DNA from: an uncultured Clostridia bacterium
GTDB lineage: Bacteria > Bacillota > Clostridia > TANB77 > CAG-508
Length of the DNA stretch: 64,000 nucleotides
Direction of reading: 5' to 3'
Assembly: GCA_934169725.1 (NCBI GenBank)
Contig: CAKPOF010000003.1
Location: 112,637 to 176,636, forward strand
The position numbers and the translations under genes are program-made. Positions 39,809 through 49,905 of the stretch are shown one piece after another (the first letter of the stretch is position 1; every line of letters starts with the position of its first letter). Below the pieces are notes generated by a model. That model worked only from the letters and a program-made list of their open reading frames with translations. It was not told the DNA's origin and did not search any database.

Positions 39809-40678
39809 TTGAAAATGAATAAAAATATAAATAAGATAATAGAAGAAATATGTAGAAAGGAAATAAAAGGAAAAAAAATAAATGATGAGCCATTATGTGT
39901 ATTATTAGGAGGTCTACCAGGTTCAGGAAAGACAAATCTTGTAAAACAAATACAAGAAGAATATAAGGAGCGTGATTTTGTGATTATAGATACGGATAAT
40001 TACAGAAAACTACATCCAGATTATGAATTATTAAAAAAAATACCTGAAAAAGCGATAAATGAAACAAGTAAATTTTCTAACATAATAGAAGCTGAATTGA
40101 TAAAAAAAGCAATTAAAGAGCATTGTGATATTATAAGTGTAACAACATTGAGAGCTTCAGAAGCAATAAATAGAATTTTATATGAACCTGCTGTAAATGG
40201 GGGGTATAAAATGGAGGCATGTATTATGTCAGTTCCTATAAGTGAAAGTGGATTATCAGCGCAAAATAGATATGAAAAGCAAATTGCTGATGGAGAATGT
40301 CCACGATTTACACCAATGAGTTTTATAGAAACATCTTTTCAAGGAATAAAAGAAACAATACAAATGCTTCAAAGAAAAAACGATAATCCTATAATTAAAG
40401 TATATAATCGAGGGATAGGAGAAAAATCTATGCCAATAGAGTTTTACAATAGCCAAGAAAAAAATTCTAGATATAGTTGTGCTTTAGAAGCTTTTTTGGA
40501 TTCTATGAAATCTTTAGATAATAAAAAAGCAATTGAACAAATAAATGAATTATATAAGATAAAACAAAATCGAGATGCAAATAGTATAGAGTATTCTTCG
40601 TTAGAAAGACTAAAGGAACTTTTTGAAGTAGAAAAAAATAGAGAAAGAGAATATAAAAATTGTAATTTTGTAATATAA
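39809..40678 (+). CDS. Zeta-toxin family P-loop kinase (PezT/UNAG-kinase-like) with no adjacent epsilon antitoxin
   Basis: Walker A GGLPGSGKTN. Zeta-toxin-like ..FVIIDTDNYRK.. Confidence 0.7.
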   Translation: MKMNKNINKIIEEICRKEIKGKKINDEPLCVLLGGLPGSGKTNLVKQIQEEYKERDFVIIDTDNYRKLHPDYELLKKIPEKAINETSKFSNIIEAELIKKAIKEHCDIISVTTLRASEAINRILYEPAVNGGYKMEACIMSVPISESGLSAQNRYEKQIADGECPRFTPMSFIETSFQGIKETIQMLQRKNDNPIIKVYNRGIGEKSMPIEFYNSQEKNSRYSCALEAFLDSMKSLDNKKAIEQINELYKIKQNRDANSIEYSSLERLKELFEVEKNREREYKNCNFVI

Positions 40679-40784
40679 TAATATAGACATTAAATGCTGT
40701 CTAGTCTATGTCTGCGACTAGATGGTATTTTTTCGCTTTTAAGAGAAAATACCGAGAACTTTTTAAAGAGAGGAGGAGGTATAA

Positions 40785-41293
40785 ATGCCTAAAACAAAGT
40801 TTCAAAATTTTATATTCACTTTAATGACTGCTGTTTTAATGGCTTATTGTATGATTGTTTACAGTGTATCTATAAATTCAACTGAAGGGTTAGTAAATCA
40901 AACTTTTTTAATAGCATTAAAAGAATTTGCAATAGAGGGGGTATTGTCTTTTTATTAGCATTTTTTGTTGCAAGTCCTATTGCTAAAAAATTAGCATTTA
41001 GAATAGTAAATCCTAAAGAAGATAATAAAATGTTTATTATTCTATCTATTCAAACATTTACGGTTTTGACTATGGTAGGTCTAATGAGTGCGTATGCTTT
41101 ATTTGCACAACATTTAATAAATAGTAATATTATATGTAATTATATAGTTTTATATTGTAAAAATTTTATAATTGCTTATCCACTACAAATACTTTTGGTA
41201 GGGCCATTTGTAAGAAATGTTTTTAGAATAGTATTAAAAAAATACAAAAGTTTACAACTTGGTAATATTTTTTTAATCAGTAGTAATGAATAA
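40785..41293 (+). pseudogene. DUF2798-family membrane protein with a -1 frameshift in a T5 homopolymer (40949-40953)
   Basis: MPKTKFQNFIFTLMTAVLMAY.. stops at 40958. The sequence continues in another frame as ..LAFFVASPIAKKLAF.. to 41293. Adding one T joins the two frames. Confidence 0.7.
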
Positions 41294-41612
41294 AAAATAA
41301 ATTAAATTCAGACCTTTGTTTCTATAGAGGAATAAAGGGCGACTACGTTGCTGTGTTCTAATATAATGAGAAATGCATATGGAAATAAAAGAAGAGCTGA
41401 ATGGAATGAACTTGAAAATGTAAGATATTTTTATAAGTAGAAAAGATGAGTTTAACAAGTAAAAAATTCAGAAATTATGGTGTTAAAATATATGTTTAAA
41501 ATTGATATAAATATAAAATTATGATAGTATATGATTGTTAAATATAAAGATCTTGTTCTAATATGAACAGTTTAGTATAAATGCAACTATTGAATAATTA
41601 TTAGATAGCCAA

Positions 41613-41876
41613 ATGGCAGGAGGGATGACTATGACTATGAGTGATTTTTTATTATTTTGTGTAAAATTTTTTTGTTTTATGTTTGTACTTGTAATAGTAA
41701 TCGGGAAAATTAAAGTTCGGTACGACAAGAAAAATAAAATAAAAAAAGAACTAAAAGAAAGTACTGAGTCAGTCAAATATACTTTTTCGTCAGTGTTTCC
41801 CAATAAAGAGGTTATGGATGAGGTATTTGAAATAATAAAACAAAACAAAGAAACAGAAAAGAATGAGAAACAATAA
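41613..41876 (+). CDS. Small hypothetical membrane protein
   Basis: N-terminal hydrophobic helix and a charged C-terminus. RBS ggaggga. Confidence 0.45.
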   Translation: MAGGMTMTMSDFLLFCVKFFCFMFVLVIVIGKIKVRYDKKNKIKKELKESTESVKYTFSSVFPNKEVMDEVFEIIKQNKETEKNEKQ

Positions 41877-41917
41877 TTATTACTGTTAAGGAACTATACA
41901 AAAAAATTAGTAGTCTA

Positions 41918-41947
41918 GAATACAAGGATTAATTCCTTGTATTTTTT
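41918..41947 (+). terminator. Rho-independent terminator
   Basis: aatacaaggattaattccttgtatt followed by a T-run. Confidence 0.8.
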
Positions 41948-41999
41948 ATATAAAAGTGATAAACTATAAAAGTAAACACATCTAATTTTAGGAGGAAAA

Positions 42000-43955
42000 A
42001 TGTTTAAATTAGTATCTGATTATAAGCCAACAGGAGACCAACCTAAGGCAATAGATTATCTAGTAAAAGGAATAGAAAAAGGTGAGAAATACCAGACTCT
42101 TTTGGGAGTGACAGGTTCTGGTAAAACATTTACTATGGCAAATATAATAGCAAAAACACAGAAGCCAACTCTTGTTTTGGCACACAACAAAACACTAGCA
42201 GGACAATTATATTCTGAATTCAAAGAATTTTTTCCAGAAAATCATGTTGAATATTTTGTATCATATTATGATTATTATCAACCTGAAAGTTATATTCCAC
42301 AGTCTGATACATATATCGAAAAAGATTCTTCGATGAATGAAGAAATAGATAAATTAAGACATTCTGCTACATTATCATTATTTGAAACTAGAGAGGTTAT
42401 TATAATTGCATCAGTATCATGTATATATGGATTGGGAGATCCAGAAGATTATCAAGAAATGATGTTGTCTTTAAGACCGGGAATGCAGAAAGGAAGAGAT
42501 GAGGTTTTAAGAAAATTAATATCAATGCAATATGCAAGAAATGAAATTGATTTTCAAAGAGGAACTTTTAGAGCCAAAGGTGATGTTTTAGAAGTTTATC
42601 CATCAAGCCAATCAGAATCTGCTGTCAGAGTTGATTTTTGGGGAGATGAAATAGAAAAAATAACAGAAATAAATCCTGTAACAGGTAAAAATATTGGAGT
42701 AAGAAATCATATTTTAATTTCACCAGCTTCACATTATGTTACAACTAAAAATAAAATGGAAAAAGCCATAATGACTATAGAACAAGAGTTAGATGAAAGA
42801 GTTAAATATTTTAAAGAAAATAATAAATTGATAGAAGCACAAAGAATAGAAGAGAGAACAAATTTTGATATAGAAATGATGAAAGAAACTGGTTTTTGTT
42901 CAGGAATTGAAAATTATTCAAGACATATAAGTGGAAGAAAGCCTGGAAGTCCACCATATACTTTACTGGATTATTTTCCAGATGATTTTCTTTTATTAAT
43001 AGATGAATCTCATGCAACAATTCCACAGGTAAAGGCAATGTATAATGGAGATCATTCAAGAAAGGAATCTTTAATAAACTATGGTTTTAGATTACCATCA
43101 GCTTTTGATAATAGGCCATTAAAATTTGAAGAATTTGAAAAGAAATTGAATCAAGTTATTTTTGTGAGTGCAACTCCTGGAGATTATGAAAAACAACATA
43201 GCAATGAAAATGTTGTGGAACAAATAATTAGGCCCACAGGGTTATTAGATCCTAAAATTGATGTAAAACCAGTATCAAACCAAATTGATGATTTATTAGA
43301 ACAAATTAGAATTAGAATAGAAAAAAATGAAAGAGTTCTTGTAACTACATTAACTAAAAAAATGGCGGAAGACTTAACAGATTATCTAAAAGGATTGGAT
43401 ATTAAAGTAAGTTATATTCATTCTGATACAAAAACTTTAGAAAGAATGGAAATAATACGAAAACTTAGATTAGGAGAATATGATGTTTTAGTTGGAATAA
43501 ATTTATTAAGAGAAGGATTAGATATACCGGAAGTTTCTTTAGTTGCAATATTAGATGCTGATAAGGAAGGTTTTTTAAGGTCAGAAAGAGCTCTAATTCA
43601 AACAATAGGTAGAGCTGCGAGAAATACAAATGGAACTGTAATTATGTATGCTGATGAGTTAACAGAAAGTATGGAAAAAGCAATAACAGAAACTAATAGA
43701 AGAAGAAAGATTCAGGAAGATTATAACAAAAAAAATAATATTATACCAAAGACAATTAAAAAATCAGTTAGAGATTCAATTAAAGCAACATTGACTGAAG
43801 ATATTGGTGTTGAATATAAATTGGAGAAAGAAGAAGATATAAAAGATGTAATTACTAAGTTGACAGATGAAATGTTAAAACATGCAACAGATATGGAATT
43901 TGAAAAAGCAGCTGAATTACGTGATAAAATTAAAGAACTAGAAAAACTTTTGTAA
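42000..43955 (+). CDS. uvrB: Excinuclease ABC subunit B
   Basis: [10 protein letters not shown] Walker A, helicase motifs and a C-terminal UVR domain. Confidence 0.93.
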   Translation: MFKLVSDYKPTGDQPKAIDYLVKGIEKGEKYQTLLGVTGSGKTFTMANIIAKTQKPTLVLAHNKTLAGQLYSEFKEFFPENHVEYFVSYYDYYQPESYIPQSDTYIEKDSSMNEEIDKLRHSATLSLFETREVIIIASVSCIYGLGDPEDYQEMMLSLRPGMQKGRDEVLRKLISMQYARNEIDFQRGTFRAKGDVLEVYPSSQSESAVRVDFWGDEIEKITEINPVTGKNIGVRNHILISPASHYVTTKNKMEKAIMTIEQELDERVKYFKENNKLIEAQRIEERTNFDIEMMKETGFCSGIENYSRHISGRKPGSPPYTLLDYFPDDFLLLIDESHATIPQVKAMYNGDHSRKESLINYGFRLPSAFDNRPLKFEEFEKKLNQVIFVSATPGDYEKQHSNENVVEQIIRPTGLLDPKIDVKPVSNQIDDLLEQIRIRIEKNERVLVTTLTKKMAEDLTDYLKGLDIKVSYIHSDTKTLERMEIIRKLRLGEYDVLVGINLLREGLDIPEVSLVAILDADKEGFLRSERALIQTIGRAARNTNGTVIMYADELTESMEKAITETNRRRKIQEDYNKKNNIIPKTIKKSVRDSIKATLTEDIGVEYKLEKEEDIKDVITKLTDEMLKHATDMEFEKAAELRDKIKELEKLL

Positions 43956-43981
43956 CATATAATATATTGTAGGTGAGGTTT

Positions 43982-44501
43982 ATGAAAGTTTTAAAAGAAC
44001 TCTATATAGATGCTAAAAATATAAAGGAACATGATCCAGCATGTAGAAGCATATTGGAAGTTATTATGTTATACCCAGGATTTCATATTTTAGTTTTTTA
44101 CAAATTATCTCATTTTTTATATAAACGCAGATTGTTATTTTGTGCAAGATTAATTTCACAAATTGGAAGGTTTTTAACTGGAATAGAAATACATCCTGGT
44201 GCACAAATAGGAAAAAAATTATTTATAGATCATGGTATGGGAATAGTTATAGGAGAAACAGCAACTATAGGAAATAATTGTACGATATATCATAATAGTA
44301 CATTAGGTGGAACAGGAAAAGACAAATATAAAAGACATCCTGATATAGGAAATAATGTTATGATTGGTGCAGGTTCGAAAGTATTGGGACCAATAAAGGT
44401 AGGAAATAATGTAAAAATACGGTGCAAATAGTACAGTTTTAAAAGATATACCAGATAATGTGACTGTGGTTGAATGTAATAGAATAATATCAAAAAAATA
44501 A
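43982..44501 (+). pseudogene. cysE: Serine O-acetyltransferase (CysE, hexapeptide repeat). It is truncated at 44431 by an apparent 1-nt insertion near 44420. The true C-terminus ([18 protein letters not shown]...) continues in the +1 frame to 44501
   Basis: Hexapeptide repeats. The out-of-frame continuation matches the canonical CysE C-terminus. Confidence 0.75.
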
Positions 44502-44522
44502 TCCTTGCTCAGGATTATTTTA
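44497..44522. terminator. Bidirectional terminator hairpin aataatccttgctcaggattatt
   Basis: Lies between convergent genes. Confidence 0.7.
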
Positions 44523-44527
44523 TGCTT

Positions 44528-45075
44528 TTATACATTGGCATCTGTTGATGCTTTATTTCCTACATATTCAGCATTACCAAATGCTAATATTAGATAGAAA
44601 ATAAATGGTACAAATATTAAACCAACAGTATAACCTATGTCTTTTCCAAAAGATTTAGCCAAACCGTTTGCTTGATATATTGCAATACCTAAGCAAACAA
44701 TTATTCCAACAATAGGTATAAATGAAGTTAAATAACCACAGATAACCCATGGTGAAATTCCAGAAATTTTGAATAATATAACGAGATTTAAATAGGTATT
44801 ATACTTTTCCATCCTTTTTCTCCTGCCTTAGTAAATAATTTCCACATTGCTATTATTTGCAAAATAGCAATTATCAAAGAAATAGTTACAAACACTCCAC
44901 CAAACAAAGCAATTGCAGATGTTATATCAGAATTTAATGAAGTCATTGAAGAATAATCAGAACTGCCTGAAAAATAGTCTGGCGAAGGCATTGAAGAGTA
45001 ATCAGAACCTCCTGAAAAAGAGTCTGGTGATATTGCAGCATATTTTAAATAGTTCATATAAAGTCCCCCTTTCAT
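44528..45075 (-). pseudogene. Small membrane protein with a Ser/Tyr-rich SDYSSM repeat N-terminus. It is split into two overlapping ORFs by a frameshift in an A4 run (44805-44808 on the + strand)
   Basis: ORFs 44788..45075 and 44528..44812 overlap. Adding one A gives ...KAGEKGWKKYNTYLNLVILFKISGISPW... Confidence 0.6.
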
Positions 45076-45206
45076 ATTTTCATATATAAATTTTCACATT
45101 TTTCGACAAAAAAGTCAATATAAAATAAAAAAATTATTGTATAAAAAAATTTGATTTGATATAATTTAGACAATTATTAAATAAAGATAATAATGGAGGT
45201 ATCCAA

Positions 45207-45710
45207 ATGGAAAAAAATAAATGCAATTGTGGAAATATAAAAAAGGATATATTTATGGAAAATTTATTTAAAACATATAAGCCAGAAAAGGATAATTTAA
45301 TTCAAATGTTAAATGATATACAAGAACATTATGGATATATTACAATTCAAGCACAACAAGAAATTTCAGAATTTTTAAATATACCAATGGCTGAAATATA
45401 TGGTGTTGTTACTTTTTATTCTAGATTTTCTTTAAAACCTAAAGGTAAGTATAATATATCAGTTTGTCTAGGAACAGCTTGTTTTGTAAAAGGCTCTCAG
45501 AAAATAATGGATAGATTAAAAGAAAAATTGAAGATTGAACCGGGAGAAACCACAAAAGATGGGCTATTTTCAATAGAAGAAACAAGATGTGTTGGAGCTT
45601 GTGGTTTAGCACCTGTTTTTACTGTTAATGGTGAAGTATATGGAAAAGCGACAGTAAAAAAATTAGATGAAGTTTTGGAAGAAATTATAAATAAAGAAAA
45701 TAATTGTTAA
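45207..45710 (+). CDS. hydC: [FeFe]-hydrogenase small subunit, NuoE-like thioredoxin-fold [2Fe-2S] protein
   Basis: NuoE-type CxxxxC...CxxxC cysteines (SVCLGTACFVKG ... CVGACGLAP). Confidence 0.85.
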   Translation: MEKNKCNCGNIKKDIFMENLFKTYKPEKDNLIQMLNDIQEHYGYITIQAQQEISEFLNIPMAEIYGVVTFYSRFSLKPKGKYNISVCLGTACFVKGSQKIMDRLKEKLKIEPGETTKDGLFSIEETRCVGACGLAPVFTVNGEVYGKATVKKLDEVLEEIINKENNC

Positions 45711-45771
45711 TAATCTATGAAGAAGGGAGAATATGAATATATACATATGTGATATATCATATAAATAAAAT

Positions 45772-47631
45772 ATGAAAACATTGTTAGAGATTCATGAAAT
45801 AAGAGATAAAAAGAGAAAAGAATTGGATTTAAGAATAAATAAAAATACAGATACAAGAGAAAAACATATTTTAATATGTCAAGGTACTGGATGTACTTCG
45901 TCAAAATCGCCAGAAATTCTAGAAAAATTCAAACAAATTATAGAAGAAAGAAAGATAGAAAATGTCAGAGTAATAAAAACAGGATGTTTTGGACTTTGTG
46001 CTAAAGGTCCAATTGTTATAATAAGACCGGAAGATACATTTTATTCTATGGTAAAACCAAGTGATTGTGAAGAAATTATAGATAGGCATATTTTAAAAGG
46101 AGAAAAAGTAAAAAGATTACTTTGTAAAGATATCGACGGAATAAAAGTAGAGTCTTTAGATGAACTTAATTTTTATAAAAAGCAAAAAAGAATTGTCTTA
46201 AGAAATTGTGGAGTTATAAATCCAGAAGAAATAGATGAATATATAGCATTTGATGGCTATAAGGCATTAGAAAGAGTATTAAAGGCATATACACAAAACG
46301 ACGTGATTGAAACAATAGAAAAATCAGGATTAAGAGGAAGAGGTGGAGCTGGTTTTTCAACAGGAAAAAAATGGCGTTTAACAAAAGAAATAGAAAGTAA
46401 ACAAAAATATGTAGTGTGTAATGCAGATGAAGGTGATCCAGGAGCTTTTATGGATAGAAGCATATTGGAAGGTGATCCACATAGTGTTTTAGAAGCAATG
46501 GCTATTGCTGGATATGCAATAGGAGCAAGTAAAGGATATATATATGTAAGAGCAGAATATCCAATAGCAGTAAAAAGATTGGAAATTGCAATAAAACAAG
46601 CCAAAGAATATGGAATATTAGGAAAAAATATTTTTGATACAAAATTTAATTTTGATATAGAAATAAGATTAGGTGCGGGAGCTTTTGTTTGTGGCGAAGA
46701 AACTGCTTTATTAGAATCAATTGAAGGGAAAAGGGGGCAACCACGAGTAAAACCACCATACCCAGCTCAAGCAGGATTATGGGGAAAACCAACATTGATA
46801 AATAATGTTGAAACATTTGCAAACATAGCTCAAATTATACTGAAAGGTGCAGAGTGGTATTGTTCTATAGGAACAGAAAATTCAAAAGGAACAAAAGTAT
46901 TTGCACTAGGAGGAAATGTAAATAATGTAGGATTAGTAGAAGTACCTATGGGGACGACATTAAGAGAAATAGTATATGATATAGGGGGAGGAATTCCAAA
47001 CGGAAGAGAGTTTAAAGCAGCACAAACAGGTGGACCGTCAGGGGGATGTATACCAAAAGAACATTTAGATACACCAATTGATTATGAATCATTAAAAGAA
47101 ATAGGTTCTATGATGGGATCAGGTGGATTAATTGTTATGGATGATACAAAATGTATGGTGTGTTTAGCTAAATTTTATTTGGATTTTACTGTAAGTGAAA
47201 GTTGTGGAAAATGTACACCATGTAGGATAGGGACTAAAAGAATGTTGGAAATATTAGATAAATTATGTTCAGGCGAAGGTGAAGAATATGATATTTACAA
47301 ATTAGAAAAATTAGCTGTAAATATACAAAAATCTAGTATTTGTGGACTAGGTCAAAGTGCTCCAAATCCGGTAATTAGTACATTAAAATATTTTAGAGAA
47401 GAATTTAGACAACATGCTATAGAAAAAGAATGTAAAACATTAGAATGTAAAGCGATTGCACAAATAAAAATTAATGAAGAATTATGCAAAGGATGTGGAT
47501 TATGTCAAAAACATTGTCCAGCAAATGCAATAGATGGTGAAGAAAGAAACAAAAGAAAAATAGATCAAAATAAATGCGTAAAATGTGGTACATGTATATC
47601 AGTATGTCCATTTCATGCAATAGGAAATTAA
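45772..47631 (+). CDS. hydB: [FeFe]-hydrogenase NuoF-like NAD(P)H-binding/FMN subunit with an N-terminal 2Fe-2S domain and C-terminal 2x[4Fe-4S] domain
   Basis: GRGGAGFSTGKKW. C-terminal CKGCGLCQKHCP..CVKCGTCISVCP. Confidence 0.88.
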   Translation: MKTLLEIHEIRDKKRKELDLRINKNTDTREKHILICQGTGCTSSKSPEILEKFKQIIEERKIENVRVIKTGCFGLCAKGPIVIIRPEDTFYSMVKPSDCEEIIDRHILKGEKVKRLLCKDIDGIKVESLDELNFYKKQKRIVLRNCGVINPEEIDEYIAFDGYKALERVLKAYTQNDVIETIEKSGLRGRGGAGFSTGKKWRLTKEIESKQKYVVCNADEGDPGAFMDRSILEGDPHSVLEAMAIAGYAIGASKGYIYVRAEYPIAVKRLEIAIKQAKEYGILGKNIFDTKFNFDIEIRLGAGAFVCGEETALLESIEGKRGQPRVKPPYPAQAGLWGKPTLINNVETFANIAQIILKGAEWYCSIGTENSKGTKVFALGGNVNNVGLVEVPMGTTLREIVYDIGGGIPNGREFKAAQTGGPSGGCIPKEHLDTPIDYESLKEIGSMMGSGGLIVMDDTKCMVCLAKFYLDFTVSESCGKCTPCRIGTKRMLEILDKLCSGEGEEYDIYKLEKLAVNIQKSSICGLGQSAPNPVISTLKYFREEFRQHAIEKECKTLECKAIAQIKINEELCKGCGLCQKHCPANAIDGEERNKRKIDQNKCVKCGTCISVCPFHAIGN

Positions 47632-47722
47632 TAGTATATATTTATATGTTTCTAACAAATTTAATATTTATTATTTTTCAATACCTTTATAAAAAGGTAA
47701 TAAGTACAAAAGGAGTTTTAAT

Positions 47723-49474
47723 ATGGAAAAAGAAATGATTAATTTAACTATAGATGGTCAAAAAATAACTGTAGAAAAAGGAACTACAATATTAAATGCA
47801 GCCAAAATTGCAGGAATAGATATACCTACATTATGTTTTTTAAAAGATATTAATGAAGTTGGAGATTGCAGGATGTGTATAGTTGAAGTTGAAGGACGAA
47901 AAGGATTTGCAACTTCATGTATCCAAACAGTTGAAGAAGGAATGATAGTTCATACACATACTCCTAACGTATTAGAAGCTCGACACGTAATATTGGATTT
48001 AATTATATCTAATCATGAAAAAAATTGTTTGACGTGTACACGTTCTGGAAATTGTGAGTTACAAACTTTAGCTGTGAAATTTAATGTTTTAAATGTAGAA
48101 TTCCCTGGAGAGGTAACCAAACATAAAGTAGATGATTTATCACCAGCGATTGTAAGAGATTTTAATAAATGCATTTTATGCAGAAGATGTGTTGCTGCAT
48201 GTAAAAACGTGCAAGGGATAGGAGCAATTGATTGTATTAACAGAGGATTTGATTCATGTATTTCAACAGTTGGAGATAAGAGTTTAAATGATGTAAATTG
48301 TACTTTTTGTGGACAATGCATAGAAGCTTGTCCAACAGGAGCATTACATGAAAAAGAAACTATTAACGATGTTTGGATAAAATTAAAAGATCCAAATACA
48401 GCTGTAATTGTTCAAACAGCACCTGCAGTTAGAGTAGCATTAGGAGAGGAATTTAAAATGCCAATAGGCACAAATGTTGCAGGGAAAATGATAACAGCGT
48501 TAAAAAGACTAGGTTTTGATAAAGTGTTTGATACAAATACAGGAGCAGATCTTACAATTATGGAAGAAGCAAGTGAATTTATTGATAGATTTAGTAAAAA
48601 TGAAAATTTGCCATTAATAACATCATGTTGTCCTGGATGGATAAAATATATAGAAATGAATTATCCAGAACTTTTACCACATTTATCAAGTTGTAAATCG
48701 CCACATCAAATGTTTGGGGCAATTTTAAAAACATATTATGCCCAAAAAGAGAAAATAGATCCAGAAAAAATATATGTAGTATCTGTTATGCCATGTATTG
48801 CGAAAAAATTTGAAAAACAAAGAGAAGAAATGAAAGAAGAAGATCTATATGATGTTGATAATGTTATAACAACACGAGAATTAGCAAGGATGATAAAACA
48901 AGCAAATATAGAATTTGAAAAATTGGAAGATAGTGAATTTGATACACCAATGGGAGAGGCAAGTGGTGCAGGAGCAATATTTGGAACAACAGGAGGAGTT
49001 ATGGAGGCAGCCTTAAGAACTGCACAGGATTTTTTAGTAAAAAAAGATTTAGATAGTATAGAATTTAAACAAGTAAGAGGAGAAAAAGAAATAAAAAAAG
49101 CTGTAATTAATATAGCAGAAAAAAATGTTAATGTAGTTGCTGCAAGTGGATTAAAAAATGCAAATAAAATTTTAGAAGAAATAAAATCAGGAAAAGCTGA
49201 TTATGATTTTGTAGAAATTATGGCTTGTCCAGGAGGCTGTATTATGGGTGGTGGGCAACCAATAAAAAGTTCAAAGATAAGGTCAGATGTTAATATAAAA
49301 AAACTAAGAGCAGATGCATTATATACAATTGATGAGAAAAGTACTATTAGAAAATCACATGAAAATCCTACTATAAAAAAGATATATGAAGAATTTTTAC
49401 AAAAACCAGAAAGTGATATAGCCAAAAAATTATTACATACTAAATATAGTCACAGAAATAAATACAATATATAA
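47723..49474 (+). CDS. hydA: [FeFe]-hydrogenase catalytic subunit (H-cluster)
   Basis: TSCCPGW, MPCIAKKFE and EIMACPGGCIMGGGQP H-cluster motifs. N-terminal 2Fe-2S and 4Fe-4S domains. Confidence 0.92.
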   Translation: MEKEMINLTIDGQKITVEKGTTILNAAKIAGIDIPTLCFLKDINEVGDCRMCIVEVEGRKGFATSCIQTVEEGMIVHTHTPNVLEARHVILDLIISNHEKNCLTCTRSGNCELQTLAVKFNVLNVEFPGEVTKHKVDDLSPAIVRDFNKCILCRRCVAACKNVQGIGAIDCINRGFDSCISTVGDKSLNDVNCTFCGQCIEACPTGALHEKETINDVWIKLKDPNTAVIVQTAPAVRVALGEEFKMPIGTNVAGKMITALKRLGFDKVFDTNTGADLTIMEEASEFIDRFSKNENLPLITSCCPGWIKYIEMNYPELLPHLSSCKSPHQMFGAILKTYYAQKEKIDPEKIYVVSVMPCIAKKFEKQREEMKEEDLYDVDNVITTRELARMIKQANIEFEKLEDSEFDTPMGEASGAGAIFGTTGGVMEAALRTAQDFLVKKDLDSIEFKQVRGEKEIKKAVINIAEKNVNVVAASGLKNANKILEEIKSGKADYDFVEIMACPGGCIMGGGQPIKSSKIRSDVNIKKLRADALYTIDEKSTIRKSHENPTIKKIYEEFLQKPESDIAKKLLHTKYSHRNKYNI

Positions 49475-49525
49475 CAAAGCGACTTTAGGTCGCCCTTTGT
49501 TTTTGCTGATTTGAGTTTTCGACTA
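49475..49525 (-). repeat. Repeat family B, copy 2 (inverted). Its 5' part forms the hydA terminator hairpin gcgac-ttta-ggtcgc followed by a T-run
   Basis: The reverse complement matches 32125..32175. Confidence 0.75.
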
Positions 49526-49566
49526 AAAGGAAAAAATCTCAAAGGCAATAGCGATTATAGAATTTT

Positions 49567-49601
49567 TATATACTAGGAAATGAAAAATTTCCTAGTATAT
49601 A
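49567..49601. other. Perfect 15-bp inverted repeat tatatactaggaaat-gaaaa-atttcctagtatata
   Basis: Read directly from the sequence. Lies between the hydA terminator and a minus-strand small-ORF terminator. Confidence 0.7.
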
Positions 49602-49649
49602 AAAAAGAGACAAATTGGATTTCTTCCAAGAGTCTCTTTTATAAAATAA

Positions 49650-49730
49650 TTATTTGTTGTTAGATTGTTTTTCTGTATTATTTTGATTATTAGAATTATT
49701 ATTTTTCTTTTCTTTGTTTTTCTTACTCAT
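49650..49730 (-). CDS. Predicted 26-aa basic Asn/Lys-rich peptide (MSKKNKEKKNNNSNNQNNTEKQSNNK)
   Basis: RBS ggagg about 10 nt upstream of the ATG. A terminator hairpin agagac..gtctct plus a T-run lies downstream on the minus strand (49606-49640). The peptide is below the size cutoff of the ORF track. Confidence 0.4.
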   Translation of the reverse strand: MSKKNKEKKNNNSNNQNNTEKQSNNK

Positions 49731-49905
49731 AAAAAATGCACCTCCTAAAACAAATTACAATTTCATATTAAAATATTGTAATTGAATGTTGATTTTAGTT
49801 TATACAAATATGAAAAAAATATTCATTACTATTTGTTTTTTTTATATAATTGAGATATAATACAAATGATAAAATAATAAATATCAATAATTTAGGAGGC
49901 TAAAA

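Noticed and set aside
41273-41458. 61-aa minus-strand ORF and a 24-codon plus-strand ORF (MRNAYGNKRRAEWNELENVRYFYK) in the 41294-41612 gap
   Set aside because: No RBS and low complexity. The first overlaps the tail of the DUF2798 pseudogene.
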